DNA from: Octopus sinensis
Lineage: Eukaryota
Length of the DNA: 64,000 nucleotides
Direction: 5' to 3'
NCBI RefSeq assembly: GCF_006345805.1
Contig: NW_021832842.1
Location: forward strand, 39,128 to 103,127
Below, piece by piece: positions 1 to 13,133 of this stretch (its first letter is position 1; every line of letters starts with the position of its first letter). A program made the translations under genes and the position numbers. The notes under the pieces are model-generated. The model searched no databases and was not told the DNA's origin. It saw only the letters and a program-made list of their open reading frames with translations.

Positions 1-99
1 CTCTGTAGATACTAAATATACGGTTAGTACAAACAATATTTAGTGGTGTCAGAACATAAACACATAGAAATGATCAGCATCGCTCTCAGAAACTACGAG

Positions 100-1330
100 G
101 CAGTTTCGGGAGTGACGATTAGCCAGAAAAAATCAGTGGGCTTGCGGCTTGGCACCTATAGAAGCAAGTCAATGTCGTCCAACTTCATCGTAGGGCGCTG
201 GACAGATGGACCGGTTAAATTGCTGGACCTCTAGATGAACAAAAATTAGCACAAGGTAACGAGCAAGGTGACTACTCTCACTCAGAAATAGGCCGAGAGA
301 AAACTATCCCTGACTGGTCGGTCACAATCACTTGACCGTTGCATTTTCCTTGTCACCATTTGATTATGCTGGATCGTATATTCTTCTGCTTTTTGTGGAA
401 GGGACGTGTCCCGATGGTCAGACGGTGTATCTGCTGTCAACACCCGCTGCATGGTGGCCTGGGCATGCCTCGATTGATGATGCGCAGATGTGCACTGAGG
501 CTACGCTATCTCTATTGCTTTCTTGATTGTGTGGTCGCCGTTCACCAGACACGTATTTCCGCAGCTAGTTTCGTTAACGGAGCTGCAGCTCTGGGTAAAT
601 TAGAGTGCTCAACTACTCGGACACTGCGATATACAGAATGTCGACTTTAGCTTTTTATAAAGAATTAGTGAAGGAAAAGGGCTACAACGTTCTTGCGGAG
701 ACCTTGAGTGTTGAAGAAAATCAGCAAGCCGCTCTTTTCCAGAGAAATTTCGGCCCAGGACCAATGGATAATTTCCAAAAATGTCTGGCCTCGCAGTGCT
801 ACCGGGGAGATTTGCCTGTTCGAGATAAACTTTACTAGTATGGAAATGCTGTCAGCTACGCACGTCCGAGATGTGTGCAGGACGACGAGACGGTCCGGCA
901 TGCACTCGTCCAGTGCCGAGCATTACTGACCTGTGGGCTTATGTCGAACAGCTGCTGTCGCTTGTAGGAAGGAACTGGCTGTCAACTAAATCCATCGTGA
1001 AAATCGCCCCACCGTCTTCACTTAAGCGGGAAGGAAAGGCTGCGTTTATATGGCTTGTGGGCATGGTGTAAGTGGTTGTATGGTGAACGAAATTGAAGAG
1101 GATGAAGACAAACACTTTTCTCTTTTGCCAATCCCTGATCAACTTCATCAAGTTTCACTTGAAAAGGAAAATAAAGGTAAAAAGGGAAGCATTGTCTTTT
1201 GGTCAGTTTGCTGGAAGGTGGTTCAAAGTGAAGAGAATGGTGCGAATGAACGGGCCTGCTCTGAGCATACGCCCGTAGTTGGGAAAAAGGAAAGAAAAAA
1301 GACTCCTGCTCCATAAGTCAGTACACCATC
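100..1330 (+). mobile_element. Degenerate L1/Tx1-like LINE ORF2 3' fragment (intronic)
   Basis: Broken frames contain '[14 protein letters not shown]', '[17 protein letters not shown]' (zf-RVT-like) and '[15 protein letters not shown]'. GC-richer than the flanks. Confidence 0.7.
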
Positions 1331-1544
1331 GTTTTTATGGGGTTTTTCCATGAGTAGCCCCCGGACGTCTCCTCCCTATTGAGGATTACACATTGCTAAA
1401 CTTTTGAAAAAATTCTTGTTAGTCTTGTTCACAGGCAAAACCCTCACAACAAAACACTCATACACGAATACACACACATTCTTTGCTTTGTCCTGTACTG
1501 GTCCATAATGTTTTTCTTAATGTAAAACCTTGTGTTTGGTGAAG

Positions 1545-1581
<37 letters not shown>

Positions 1582-1601
1582 TATCATTATTATTATTATC
1601 A

Positions 1602-1656
<55 letters not shown>

Positions 1657-1757
1657 CATTATCATCATCTTCACTCTCACTATCATTATCATTATTATTA
1701 TTATTATTGTTATTATTATTATTATTGTTGTTGTTGTTGCTGCTGCTGCTGCTGCTG
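1545..1757. repeat. Compound trinucleotide microsatellite (ATC/ATT/GTT/GCT)n
   Basis: Directly visible. The mirror copy at ~58893..59105 gives identical translated ORFs. Confidence 0.95.
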
Positions 1758-2238
1758 TCTTGGATTGACATTAAGAAGGCATGTGATATAGTGCCTCATT
1801 CTTGGATCGTTGAATGCCTGCAGATGGTTGGTGTTGCTGACAACATCACAAATTTTCTGATGCATAGCATGAAAGAGTGGTAAACCAAATTGTACTCAAC
1901 TAATGTGTTCCCCGGAGGAGTTAATATTAAAAGGGGAATCTTCCAAGGTGACTTGCTTTCACCGTTACATTTTGTAATTACACTAATACCCATAACAATG
2001 ACACATAGGGAAGTTATGATGGGTTACTAATGTGCGAAGAAAGGCCCATCATTGAACCATCTTCTGTTTAGCGGTGACCTGAAATTGTTTGGGAAATCTG
2101 AAAAACATATAGATTCCTTAAACTAAACAGACCAGAAGTGTGGTAGGGACATCGGTATGGAATTTGGGATTACCAAATGCTCAGTACTTAATATGAAAAG
2201 AGGGAAGAAAGCAACCTGCAGAGGATTGCGGTTACCAA
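1758..2238 (+). mobile_element. R4/Dong-like non-LTR reverse transcriptase fragment
   Basis: [16 protein letters not shown] (D.KKA.D motif), [11 protein letters not shown] and [11 protein letters not shown] (degenerate YMDD region), with stops. Confidence 0.8.
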
Positions 2239-2239
2239 A

Positions 2240-3395
2240 GCTTTTATGAAAGCTCTCAAATCCAAAATCCTAAAGGCTTCAACCAAATCCATGAGAAAAA
2301 TGGCAATTGAACTTGCGGTAGACAACAAGACCATTAGAAATGCTGTAAAATATGATTTGAGGTTAAAATCTTACACAAGAACACCAAAACACTTGTTGAC
2401 AACAGCTATGAAGGAAAAGAGATTGGAAAGGTGCAAGAAAATTATTACATGGTTCAAGAAAAAGTCTTCCATTGTAACGATCTTTTAAGATAGAAAGATC
2501 TTCACTGTCGATGCTGTTCTGAACTGCAGAAATGACAGATTTATCGCAAAATCAACAGCTGAGGTTAAGGGGGCATTCAAAACAAAACATACTGCTCAAG
2601 TTATGACTTTTGGTGTTGTGGTTTCCGATGGAAAGAAAATGCCTATAAAATTCTACAAAGCTGATGAAAAGATCAATGTTAATACTTACTACAAGACTCT
2701 GAGATACCAGGTATTGCCATGGCTTAAAGCAAACCACCCAGATGGTAATTATGTATGGACACAGGATGATGCTCCAGCCCACACAGCTAGAAAAATACAA
2801 GATTTCTGCAAATCCAACTTTTTGGAATCATATTTAAGGCCGCCTTCTAGCCCAGATCTAAGTCCTCTGGATTATGTTATTTGTGGCATTTTAGAACATA
2901 CTACCAATAGAACATCACACAGCAATGTCGACTCCCTTAAAGATACTATTAAAGAAGAATGGGAGAAGTTGTCTTCCGAATATTTGAGGAACGCCTGTGC
3001 AAATTTCAGGAAGCGTGTGAAGGCAGTTATTGAGAAAGAAGCAGGACACAGAATAAAAATATTTTCTATTACGTAAATTTTCTTGTGGCAAATAAATCCA
3101 CATGACTTTCAATAATCTAATTGGTCATACACTGTCTTTCAATCCCTGCTTCAAAATGGGAGAAGAATGGGAGAAGTTGTCTTCCGAATATTTGAGGAAC
3201 ACCTGTGCAAATTTCAGGAAGCGTGTGAAGGCAGTTATTGAGAAAGAAGGAGGACCCATAGAATAAAAAACATTTTCTATTATGTAAATTTTCTTGTGGC
3301 AAATAAATTCTCATGACTTTCAATATACTAATTCGTCATACACTGTCTTTCAATCCCTGCTTCAAAATATTGTAAATTTTGCTTCCCCACCCTGT
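2240..3395 (+). mobile_element. 5'-truncated Tc1/mariner (maT/DD37D-like) transposase remnant with an internal ~200 bp tandem duplication of its 3' end
   Basis: [11 protein letters not shown] and [12 protein letters not shown] motifs. Ends in 'cccaccctgTA'. 2957..3156 is repeated at ~3166..3365. Confidence 0.85.
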
Positions 3396-3964
3396 ATATA
3401 CAGACACTCACTCATACGCACAAACACACACACAGTTATATAATTATGATTTTTTTGTTTTTGTTCCTACTTCCAACTACTGTATACTGAGAAGACTTTA
3501 AACATTCTTTTATTAATGTTTATCTTTCATACTTTGTTTAGGTTATACCATCCCTAGAAGAGTTGAAAACAAAAACAGAAATAGAACTTGAAGATATGTA
3601 CCATGGGTAATATTCTTCCATTCCTTTATCTATTACACGCTGTTGTGTGTTAACTATAATATAAAAAATCTTTCTATGTTAGATGATTTCCATGTGTTTT
3701 AACATGAACATAAAACTGTTCTCTCATCTATTTGTTTTTCTTACAATAATTTAAATAATTTGTAGCTGTTAATTTCTAAGGCTGCCTTTTATTTTTCTGC
3801 TGGTAAAGTTTTAATACATTTTCTAAAATTTATACTTCAAATTTCTCGTTGACGTTTTCCTCTTCTGAGACGTCGTTGGCTTTTCCTACTTTTAACTTAT
3901 GCACTCTATACCCGAGAAAATTTTTCTGTGTATCAACCCAGTATTTAATTGTCATTTTTCCCAT

Positions 3965-4360
3965 GGCATCTTAAGGTGTGGCTATGTGGTAAGAATTTTT
4001 TGCTTCCCAGCCACATGTTCTGGGTTCAGTTCTATTATGTGGAATATGAGCCAGTGTCTTCTACTACAGCTGTAGGGCAACCAAATTATTACAACATGGA
4101 TTTGATAGATGGAAATTGGAATATATGTGTGTGTCACTGTCTTCTTGCTTTGACATCTTGCAATAGATGTAAACTAATTCCACCATCGTGCATACAATGT
4201 CCTTAATTTCTAATCTCCTTTGTAAACATGCCATGTGATGGGTAATACTATCTTATTTGGATACAGGTAAAGGTTGGCGGAAGTAAAGGCATCCAGCCAA
4301 ATAATATCAACCTCAGTCAATAGCCTGACCCACGGGAGCATAAAATAGTGGACATTAAAC
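3965..4360 (+). mobile_element. Degenerate tRNA-derived SINE
   Basis: Head 'ggtgtggctatgtggtaag...tgggttcagttc' resembles the copies at 19220, 35625-35790(-) and 41283. Confidence 0.55.
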
Positions 4361-6372
4361 CGAAAATGATGACTGAGGGTATGGTTTTCTTAAATTTAAG
4401 ACATGAAGTTTGGGGTTCTCACGTTAAGAAATTGTGTGTAGAAGAATAATTTTTCTGTTTCATTTATCAAGTCATTATATTGGAGCTTTCGTATCAAAGC
4501 AAGTGAAACCTAGCAGATGATAATGTATATTTCGCTACTATACAAAACGAGGTGTCTTGGATGTTTGGTCTTATTGTTTTCACGCTTTAGCTATTTATTG
4601 GTTACCTCCAGTCCATAGATCTAAAGAGTTGACTGGGACTTCTCAATAGCGTAAACACTTCTGACAACCGATCATTTGACCTGCTGAATATAGCAGCCAA
4701 ATTTTCCCTCTAAAACACCTTCGTCTCATCAAAGGCAAAAATGCATTGGATAATCTTGTCTGAAATTTTCTGTTACTTAAGCCAGTTCTAGTCATGAGTG
4801 ATAAGCCAGAACTTAAGGTGGTTTCAATTGTGTATATAAATTACAACTCCACCTCCGAATGAGATGTCAGTCTATTGCAGGTTTAATTTCCCACATATTA
4901 CTGGAGATTATTTATAACCGAGTGAACTGGAAGAACGAGAATGAAGTGTTTTGCGAAAGAACACAATGCACCACCAAGTGTGTAAATCAAAACCATGATC
5001 TTACAACTGTGAATATAATTTGCTATCACAGGGCTACAGACCTTCACTGAAACCCATAAGAAAGGAAAAAGGACAAGACATTCGTATCCTGAATGCCTTT
5101 GGTAGATCCGTTTGATTAGGACTAACCTGGTACAAGAAAAATCTGGTACATCTGGACTAAAAATGTACCACACACCGATCTCCGCTAAAGAAAACCAAGA
5201 AGAAGGTGGTGGTGTTAAACTGGGTTCCAAACTCAGTCCATGCAGAACTACCCAATATTCATACGAATTAGTAACATAAATTAATATTTCAAAAGCTAGA
5301 TGCGAGTTTGTGTATTTGAAACTTTTCAACTTTAATTATGCTGAGTTCCATGAAGATAAAATAAAGTTCAAGACACACTAATTACAATCTTAAATGGAGC
5401 TGTTTCACGTTGCCTACTTCGTTCAATATTCGTGAAAGAAACCTGAATTTAAAACAATCTCTACGACTCAGCTTTACAAAGTAAACTCTTTTTTGTTTTT
5501 ACCTTGCTTTTTTTTGTTCTTTGGCATTGGATGGGCATGCAACTGTACAAACCTTGCCAAGGCAGACATTGGAGCACGATACAGTCTTTGAATCAGTTGG
5601 AACTTGTCAAACCTTCCAACCTAAGCTAGCAAGAATGACGGTAAATTTTCTTAAATTGGAAACTTGGGAAGAATGCTTGTAAGAGTAAACTCCATTTAAG
5701 GAATCTCAGGACCAGATGATGGTGGAACTCAGAATGCAAAGAGCATTAATAAATCTCGCAAAGCACCTCATCTAACACTTTGAAATTCTTCCAGTCTGTG
5801 GGAGAGAAATGGTACTGTATTTTATCAACTTTTAAAAAAATAGGAAACAAAATTGATCTTGGTGGCCAAAACAAATTCTATGGTCTACGATGAAATGTTA
5901 CAGATACTTTCCTCTGTGGTTCTCTGTCAGTCTGTTTGATGCTGTAGAGTAGAAGCAACAACCTCTCATAGAGTGAAACAAATAATGTACCCTTTCATTC
6001 CCAGTTGTAGTTGTTTCACTTCATTTCTCTTGTCAGCCTTTTATAATCATATCCTTGTGTCCATGTAAAAGAAAAATCAATAATTCATTTGTTGAATATT
6101 ATTGCAGATTTCTGAACAATGTTCAGGTGAAGTGTAACAAGATAGTGCGTGTTGGTTCCATTGGTGACGGAGGATGGAATGTTTGTTTGGATGTCAAATG
6201 GTATCCCACGAAGCCTTGCTTGGTATACTCATTTGGGTAAATAGAAAGACGCTCCGAAATTTTCAGCAAAAATCGGAGTGCTCTTCAATTTTTCATATTC
6301 TCTATAATTTTTCTCTCCTATAAATGATTATAAATGATTATAAATGTGTGTGAGTTTGTGCAAGCATATATA

Positions 6373-6576
<204 letters not shown>

Positions 6577-6589
6577 TACATACACACAC

Positions 6590-7849
6590 AGAGACATGCA
6601 GGAAGTAAATAGACAACTTTAATTTCCAACATTTCTGTTCTAAGCATCTTAATATGTTTTCAGTGGTGTAGAATTTACAATGTTATTATTCTTTTTCATT
6701 CCAGTGCCATTATATTAAACGTTTGTGAAGAGTAATCATGCCACGCACAAAATTCAGCAGATCTGTCAGATTTTCGAAGAAGTTGCATTGTTGGGCAATC
6801 TGGGGCTGGTTTTAGCCAGCGAAAAATTGCCAAAAATTTTCAAATTCTTTTTGCTAATGTTAATAGAGTTATAGTGCAATTCAAAAGCCAAAGAAAAGAA
6901 TCAACAGATTCTCGTCCCGGCCGACCTGGGCCCTCGGAAAGGAAACTTCGCTGTTTGAAGAGAATTGTGGAAAACGAACTCTGTTCGAAGGCTTCTGACA
7001 TTGCAAAACAGCTAGAAGTTAGTCCAAGAACGTGTGTTACATATCTGCATAATCTTGGGTATTATGGACGAGCAGCTAGAAGAAAACCTCTCCTTCAACT
7101 GATTAATATCATGAAAAGAAAGAAATGGGCTAAGAAGATGTCAGAAAAATTCAGTTCATTTTGGGATCGAGTGATTTTCTCAGATGAATCCAGATTTGCA
7201 TTATTTTCAGACAGTGGACGTTTTGGGGTTTGGAGGCTTCCCAATCAAGAATTTCATTTGAAACGACTTCAACTAATTGTGAAACATGGCGGTATCTCTG
7301 TAATGGTATGGGGAGCTGTCACCAGCAATGGTTGTTCTGAGCTGATTAAATGTGTTGGATCCATAAACTGTGAAAAATACATCGAAATACTTAAGCAAGG
7401 ACTATTTCCGATGTATTCACACGATAACAACGAAAAATTAGTTTTTATTCATGGAAAGTGGAGCTCCATGCCACACAGCGAAAAGCATGACTGAAAATGG
7501 GATCAAAAAGCTTCCTTGGCCGAGCCAATCTTCTGACACGAACCCAATTGAAAATCTTTGGACCATACTAGATAGAGCTATATGAAAAACTCAACAGAAA
7601 CCTAAATCTAAAGATGAATTGTTTCGATCGTTGTGTGAAAAGTGGGCAGAAATTTCACAAGAGACAATCACAAAGCTCATCAGTTCAATGCCAAAAAGAG
7701 TTTCTGAATTAAAAACTGCAAAGTGAATATCAGCTAAATACTAAATTATGTAAACCTACCTATCGATTACATTTCAATTGTTCGCTTTGCGTATTAAGTA
7801 AAAGATTTTGAAAATTAAAGGTGTCTATTTACTTCCTGCATGTCTGCGT
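6590..7849 (+). mobile_element. Tc1-like DNA transposon with TIRs, frameshifted transposase
   Basis: TIR 'cagagacatgcaggaagtaaatagaca' / 'tgtctatttacttcctgcatgtctg'. ORF 6874..7494 contains ARRKPLL, VIFSDESRF and VMVWG, followed by [15 protein letters not shown] in a shifted frame. Confidence 0.9.
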
Positions 7850-8589
7850 ATATTGTTACTGCATATCTCTCCTTGAGAGATTTAGAAATATGATATTTCT
7901 GTAGACCAGTGAATGTTTTTCACTTTGAATTCTATAAGTTTTCGAAAACAGGTTAGAAGCGACGTCTAGATAATCTAAGCTACTCTACGCTGATAAAGAG
8001 CAATAAACCTGAAACTAGTCCGTGTTTCACAATTGGTTGGAGTCGTTTCAAATGAAACTAGTCCGTGGAGGTGCTAATCTCCCCCGTTCGAAAGTATAAG
8101 GACACAGAACGTTTGTGTCGCATAGCCAGCTAGAAATGATATTTCTTGGAGCTAAATAACAGTAACATTTCTCTCTTTCCTGGGACTGCTACATTATGTT
8201 GACAACAAGCCATCACTTTATCGTGCTGTTACTGCATATCTCTCGTTGAGAGATTTAGAAATGCGATATATATATATCTGTCTGTCCGTCTGTCTCTCTC
8301 TTTCACTTTCTCTCACACACACATGCACATAACACATGTATATATATATATATGTCTTTCTTTGTTTCAACAGGATTGGTAGGGATTCGACTTTTGATGT
8401 TGGCATGAAAAATATCTTTGGCTGTGAAGTACATTCCTTTGACCCATTGTAAGCACTGGTTTACTGTAGTAATAACAGCAGTAGCAGCAGTAGTCCTAGC
8501 TGCATCATCATCAGCATTATTATTATTGTTGTTGTTGTTGTTGTTGTTTTTGTTGTTGTTGTTGTTGTTGTTGTTGTTTTTGTTGTTAT

Positions 8590-8905
8590 TCAGTAGTTTT
8601 ATTTTTATATTGTGCTTTCACTTCACTATCGAGCGCAGCTCTATGTGCCTTGGATATGTGCTGTGGTTTGTTGTGATGCTCTTATGGTAATTGTATTGAG
8701 AGTGTTGTGTGTAGGATGTGTGCAGTGCCCAGTAGTGCCATTTTCTGTATGTTATATATATTTATAAGTCCTGGTGACTTTGTTATGTATTTATCTGAAT
8801 GCACCTACAATGATAGGAATCGTTTCTGTTTTTAGATTCCACATTCGAGTTACCTCTATTTCTAGGTCTTTGTATTTTGAAAGTTTCTCCATTTCTTTTA
8901 GAGAT
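8590..8905 (-). mobile_element. 3' end fragment of the R4/Dong-like LINE, with (TAA/CAA)n tail
   Basis: Homologous to 62570..62900. The mirror copy is at ~52440..52760. Confidence 0.8.
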
Positions 8906-9358
8906 CTTTTCTGTTTGAACGGCAGTTTTTTCTAGCGGTGTCATATGAAATTGTCACCCATAATTATGACCCTAGTATCGATCTATTGCATTTCAATCTG
9001 TTTTAGGGTTAGGGCTAGTTAGGGGTAGGGGGAAGAGTATCTTTTTTTCTTCACAAATGTAAATAAACCCAATCTTTTTCATAAACGAGGGAATATTCAT
9101 ACAGCACAGAATGTTTTTTAACTCAATAGACGTCAGTGATTTGTTGAAATTGCAGAAATTTCTTGTATTAACAAAATTATTTTTAACATGCTTTGTTGTC
9201 TTCACAGTGAAAAGAAAATTCCAAATCGTGAATTGTTAAATTTCCATGATATCGGAATAAGTAACAAATCAGGCATTGACGGAGGCAGACAGTTTATGAC
9301 ACTACGAGACACTCGCAAGCATTTAAATCACACAAATGTAAGTTTTTGTTTATACGTA

Positions 9359-9469
<111 letters not shown>

Positions 9470-9474
9470 CTTTT

Positions 9475-9527
9475 AACAAAACACTCTGATGAACGGGAAC
9501 GTGAAACTCTGAGTAACAGCTTTTGTT
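9475..9527 (+). ncRNA. Type I hammerhead ribozyme motif, stem I partly disrupted
   Basis: CTGATGA-acg ggaa cgt-GAAA-ctc t gag-TA-acag. The 5' strand of stem I reads 'cact' rather than the 'ctgt' seen in the mirror copy. Confidence 0.7.
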
Positions 9528-9552
9528 ATATTTCTGCTGCTTTTAAATAAAG

Positions 9553-9602
<50 letters not shown>

Positions 9603-10930
9603 TGTATGTATGTATGTATGCATGTATTTATTTATTTATGTATGTATGTATGTATGTATCTGTACAGACACTCATGTGTATATATATGTATGCATGTGTG
9701 TATGTATCACGTTTTTAATGACCAGTCACTATTATTTCTGTAGCAACTCTGCTTTCCACATAGGTTCATTCAATAATTCCAAGTGAAAAATTTTACGTAA
9801 TATTTATGGATTAGAGTAGCACCTCCCTAGGACTGCGTCAAAGGTGCGCTCTTAAATTGCGCGTCTGTCAGGAAACAAAACGTATATATAAAGATTAAAA
9901 ATAAATGTGAGAAGATTAAAAATAAACGAGATGAGTAATTATGGAATCTTCACTAATAGCAAAGCGAAAACCAAGATTCAAGACAGATTCATTACATATA
10001 AAATAAACCCTCAAGTTTCCCCGAACAATTGGATTCTATAAGTTTTAAGTATGGTGTTGATGATTTTATTTGTTACAGTAATATTCATATGATTTTTAGC
10101 AACGTCCTGCCGAAAAACGTGCACATATTATTTCATTCTATTTTGGAAAATGAAATAACGTACCTCTCTTCTGAGGAACAGGCAACAAGCTGCAACTCAA
10201 AGGATTATCATAATTTCATTCTGATGATGAGGATAACAAAATATAAAAGACTAATGGATTTAGCAATACTACTGTTCCAAAGATAAAGGACTAGTAAATG
10301 AAAAACAAAAATCCTTCATAAAAACTAAGATTTTCGTCCTTTAATCATTTATTTATTTCTCAATTTCTTATTCTTTCTGTTTCCCTCCTTCCCCTTTTCC
10401 TATCGCTTTCCATTTCTTTGTTTGTTTCTTTCATTCTTTCTTCTTTCTTTTTGTTTCTTTCTGTTTTATTTTCTGTTTTCTTTGTTATTCAGTTATCTTT
10501 TGCTATTTCTTTCTTTCTTTCTTTGTTTTTTCCTACCCACTCTCGCCCCCTCCTTTCCTGTCTCTGTGTGGTCCATTCAGCTATCTGTGCGTCATCCATT
10601 ACATATTTTCACAAAATTGTTTTTAATTAACAACTTCTTTAATTACCTTTTATTTCATTCTTCAGAAGGATATCAGTATTTTGAAAATGGATGTAGAAAG
10701 CTCAGAATGGCGCTTTCTGACGGCGAACTAAATCATGTGAAACAACTAGCAATTGAGTTTCACTTAACTAGAAAACAATCGTTTTTCATTTATGCTCTTG
10801 ATATTATCAAGAATCTGATGGATTTTAATTTCCGTATATACCACACAGAAAAGAATAATAACTGCAAATACATAAATTCCAGAAAGATGAAACTGACAAA
10901 GTGTCAGAACGTCCACATGATTAAAGTTGG

Positions 10931-10970
<40 letters not shown>

Positions 10971-10984
10971 GATAATAATAATAT

Positions 10985-11590
10985 TAGGGAGTGTAACTCC
11001 AAGCTTACAGGGAAAAATTCAAGTTACAATTAAATCAAATTTCACAATATAAATATATAATATATATAAATTAGAGAAAAAACACTATTATGCAATTCAA
11101 ACAATGATAGACATAAAGCAAATCATAAATAAAAAATAAAATATATTTTAAAACATATAACTAGATACAAAATGTACGGAAATGAATAAACAATATATAA
11201 TAAGTAAAAAGACTACGTAGTTTCATGGCTATAATTTAAATTCGAATTAAAATAAAATTGAAATTTAATCGAAAAACAATTCAATTTAAAAGTATAGTCA
11301 CTCCTCAGGTCAACAACAATAGCAATAATAGTTCAATAAATAATCAAATAGAATTCAACAATATTTCATAAAGAAATAAAATCATGATTGTTCTGATAGG
11401 AGAAACTCCATTAACTAAATTTAAAACTTAAAACAGTAGGACCAGGTGCCTATAATACATTTTTCATGTTAAAAACGTAAGGTAAAAAAATAGAGTAAAT
11501 AGATAGAAAAATGTATTTATCTGTGAAGATATAATTCAGCTTTAAGAATAAACATTAACAAACTATAGAATATCTTTACACTAACTATAC
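10985..11590 (-). mobile_element. Penelope-type pseudo-LTR remnant with a long-stem-II hammerhead-like motif
   Basis: Minus strand 11210..11312 reads gac-CTGAGGA-gtgactata...tatagccat-GAAA-ctacg-TA-gtc. Flanked by (TA)n. Related fragments lie at ~37320..37500 and ~39290..39470. Confidence 0.55.
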
Positions 11591-11610
11591 TCATATATAT
11601 ATATATATAT

Positions 11611-12504
11611 ATATATGAAAGAAGGTTTGAAAATGCAATTTAAAAGATGTTTATTTACTTAACCGGTTTCACTCTTTGGTAAAAGATTGTCAAAAGTAAC
11701 ATTGAATATTATGGGTTCAAAAAAGTGTTTTACATAATTGTCACATTGTATATTATGAATTCAAAAATGTTTTTTTATACATAATTGTCACATTACATGT
11801 ATAAATATAGTGTTTGGTAACAGAGATATGTTAAGGGCATAAAAAAGTTCAATAGTTTGATGAGAATATTTGGAAAAATTGGCAGAAAAGAATAAAACAA
11901 ATATATTATTGGAAATTTGGTTGCGTTAATTATTGGTTGTCGCAAATTGTCACATTACATGTATATATATACAGTCTTTGGTAGAAAGGACATGTTAAAG
12001 ACATAAGGAAGTGTAATAGTTTGGTGAGAAAGTTTGTAATATTGACAGAGAAAATTAAAATGGATATTTTATACATCTCAGAATATTTTGAAATGAAGGC
12101 GAGAATTTGTTTTTACTGACCTGTTTGTTTTAGCAGAAAAGTTGAATTGAGAGAAAAAGATGTGTACCCAGTTTTGTGTATGGTTCCCCTTCAAGCATCA
12201 ATGATTTTGGGGTTATCGGGAGGTGAGTATGCGGGTGTGAATAGATGTGTCCGTGTGCCTGCTGGTCAGACGGCGTCTGTTTGTCACACACATATATACA
12301 CACACACACAACACACACACACACACACATAGTATACAAACACACACCACATACACACAACACACACACACAGAACACACACATACACAACGCACCCACA
12401 TATATAATATACACACACAGCACGGAAATTTAACATGTATTTATATATAATATACACACATATATAACACACATACACACACAACACATACACACACACA
12501 CACA

Positions 12505-12543
<39 letters not shown>

Positions 12544-13133
12544 CATACATACATACATACATACATACATACATACATACATACATACATACATACATAC
12601 ATACATACATACATACATAATATAAATATCACACAAATATACCTAGCATATATATACATACATACATATATATATATATAGACAATGCATATACATATAT
12701 ACATATATACATATAAATAGTGTTTACATACACATACATAGATATACCACATATACACACAATATACATACACACAATGCATACACATACACGTACGCAT
12801 ACAATTAATATATATATACACACACACACATAACATACATACACAATGCATACATATATATACATGCAATGTATATACATGTATTCATGCATATATAGCA
12901 CACCTACAGTATACATATATACAATGCACACACACATATATACACTTAATTGTACACATACATATACAATACACATACATACAATATACATATACACAAT
13001 GCGCATGCAAATAATGCACATGTCTATACACACATATACATGCAAATATATATACACACACACACACACATATATATATACACATATATATATATATATA
13101 TATATACATACATACATACATGCACATATATAT
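11611..13133 (-). repeat. Inverted copy of the Penelope 3' region (mirror of 15981..17435)
   Basis: For example, 12147..12332+ and 16567..16905- encode the same MREKDVYPVLCMVPLQ peptide. Non-repetitive 11617..12290 is the reverse complement of 16760..17429. Confidence 0.92.

Noticed and set aside
1444-1883. Poly-N/D/I/L ORFs (and their mirrors at 58767-59206)
   Set aside because: Trinucleotide microsatellite abutting a LINE fragment.
4898-5329. 143-aa ORF conserved in both arms
   Set aside because: No recognisable motif. Conservation simply reflects arm identity, and it overlaps SINE-like intronic sequence.
9000-9035. TTAGGG telomere-like hexamers
   Set aside because: Only two perfect units inside a small dispersed repeat; not an interstitial telomere array.
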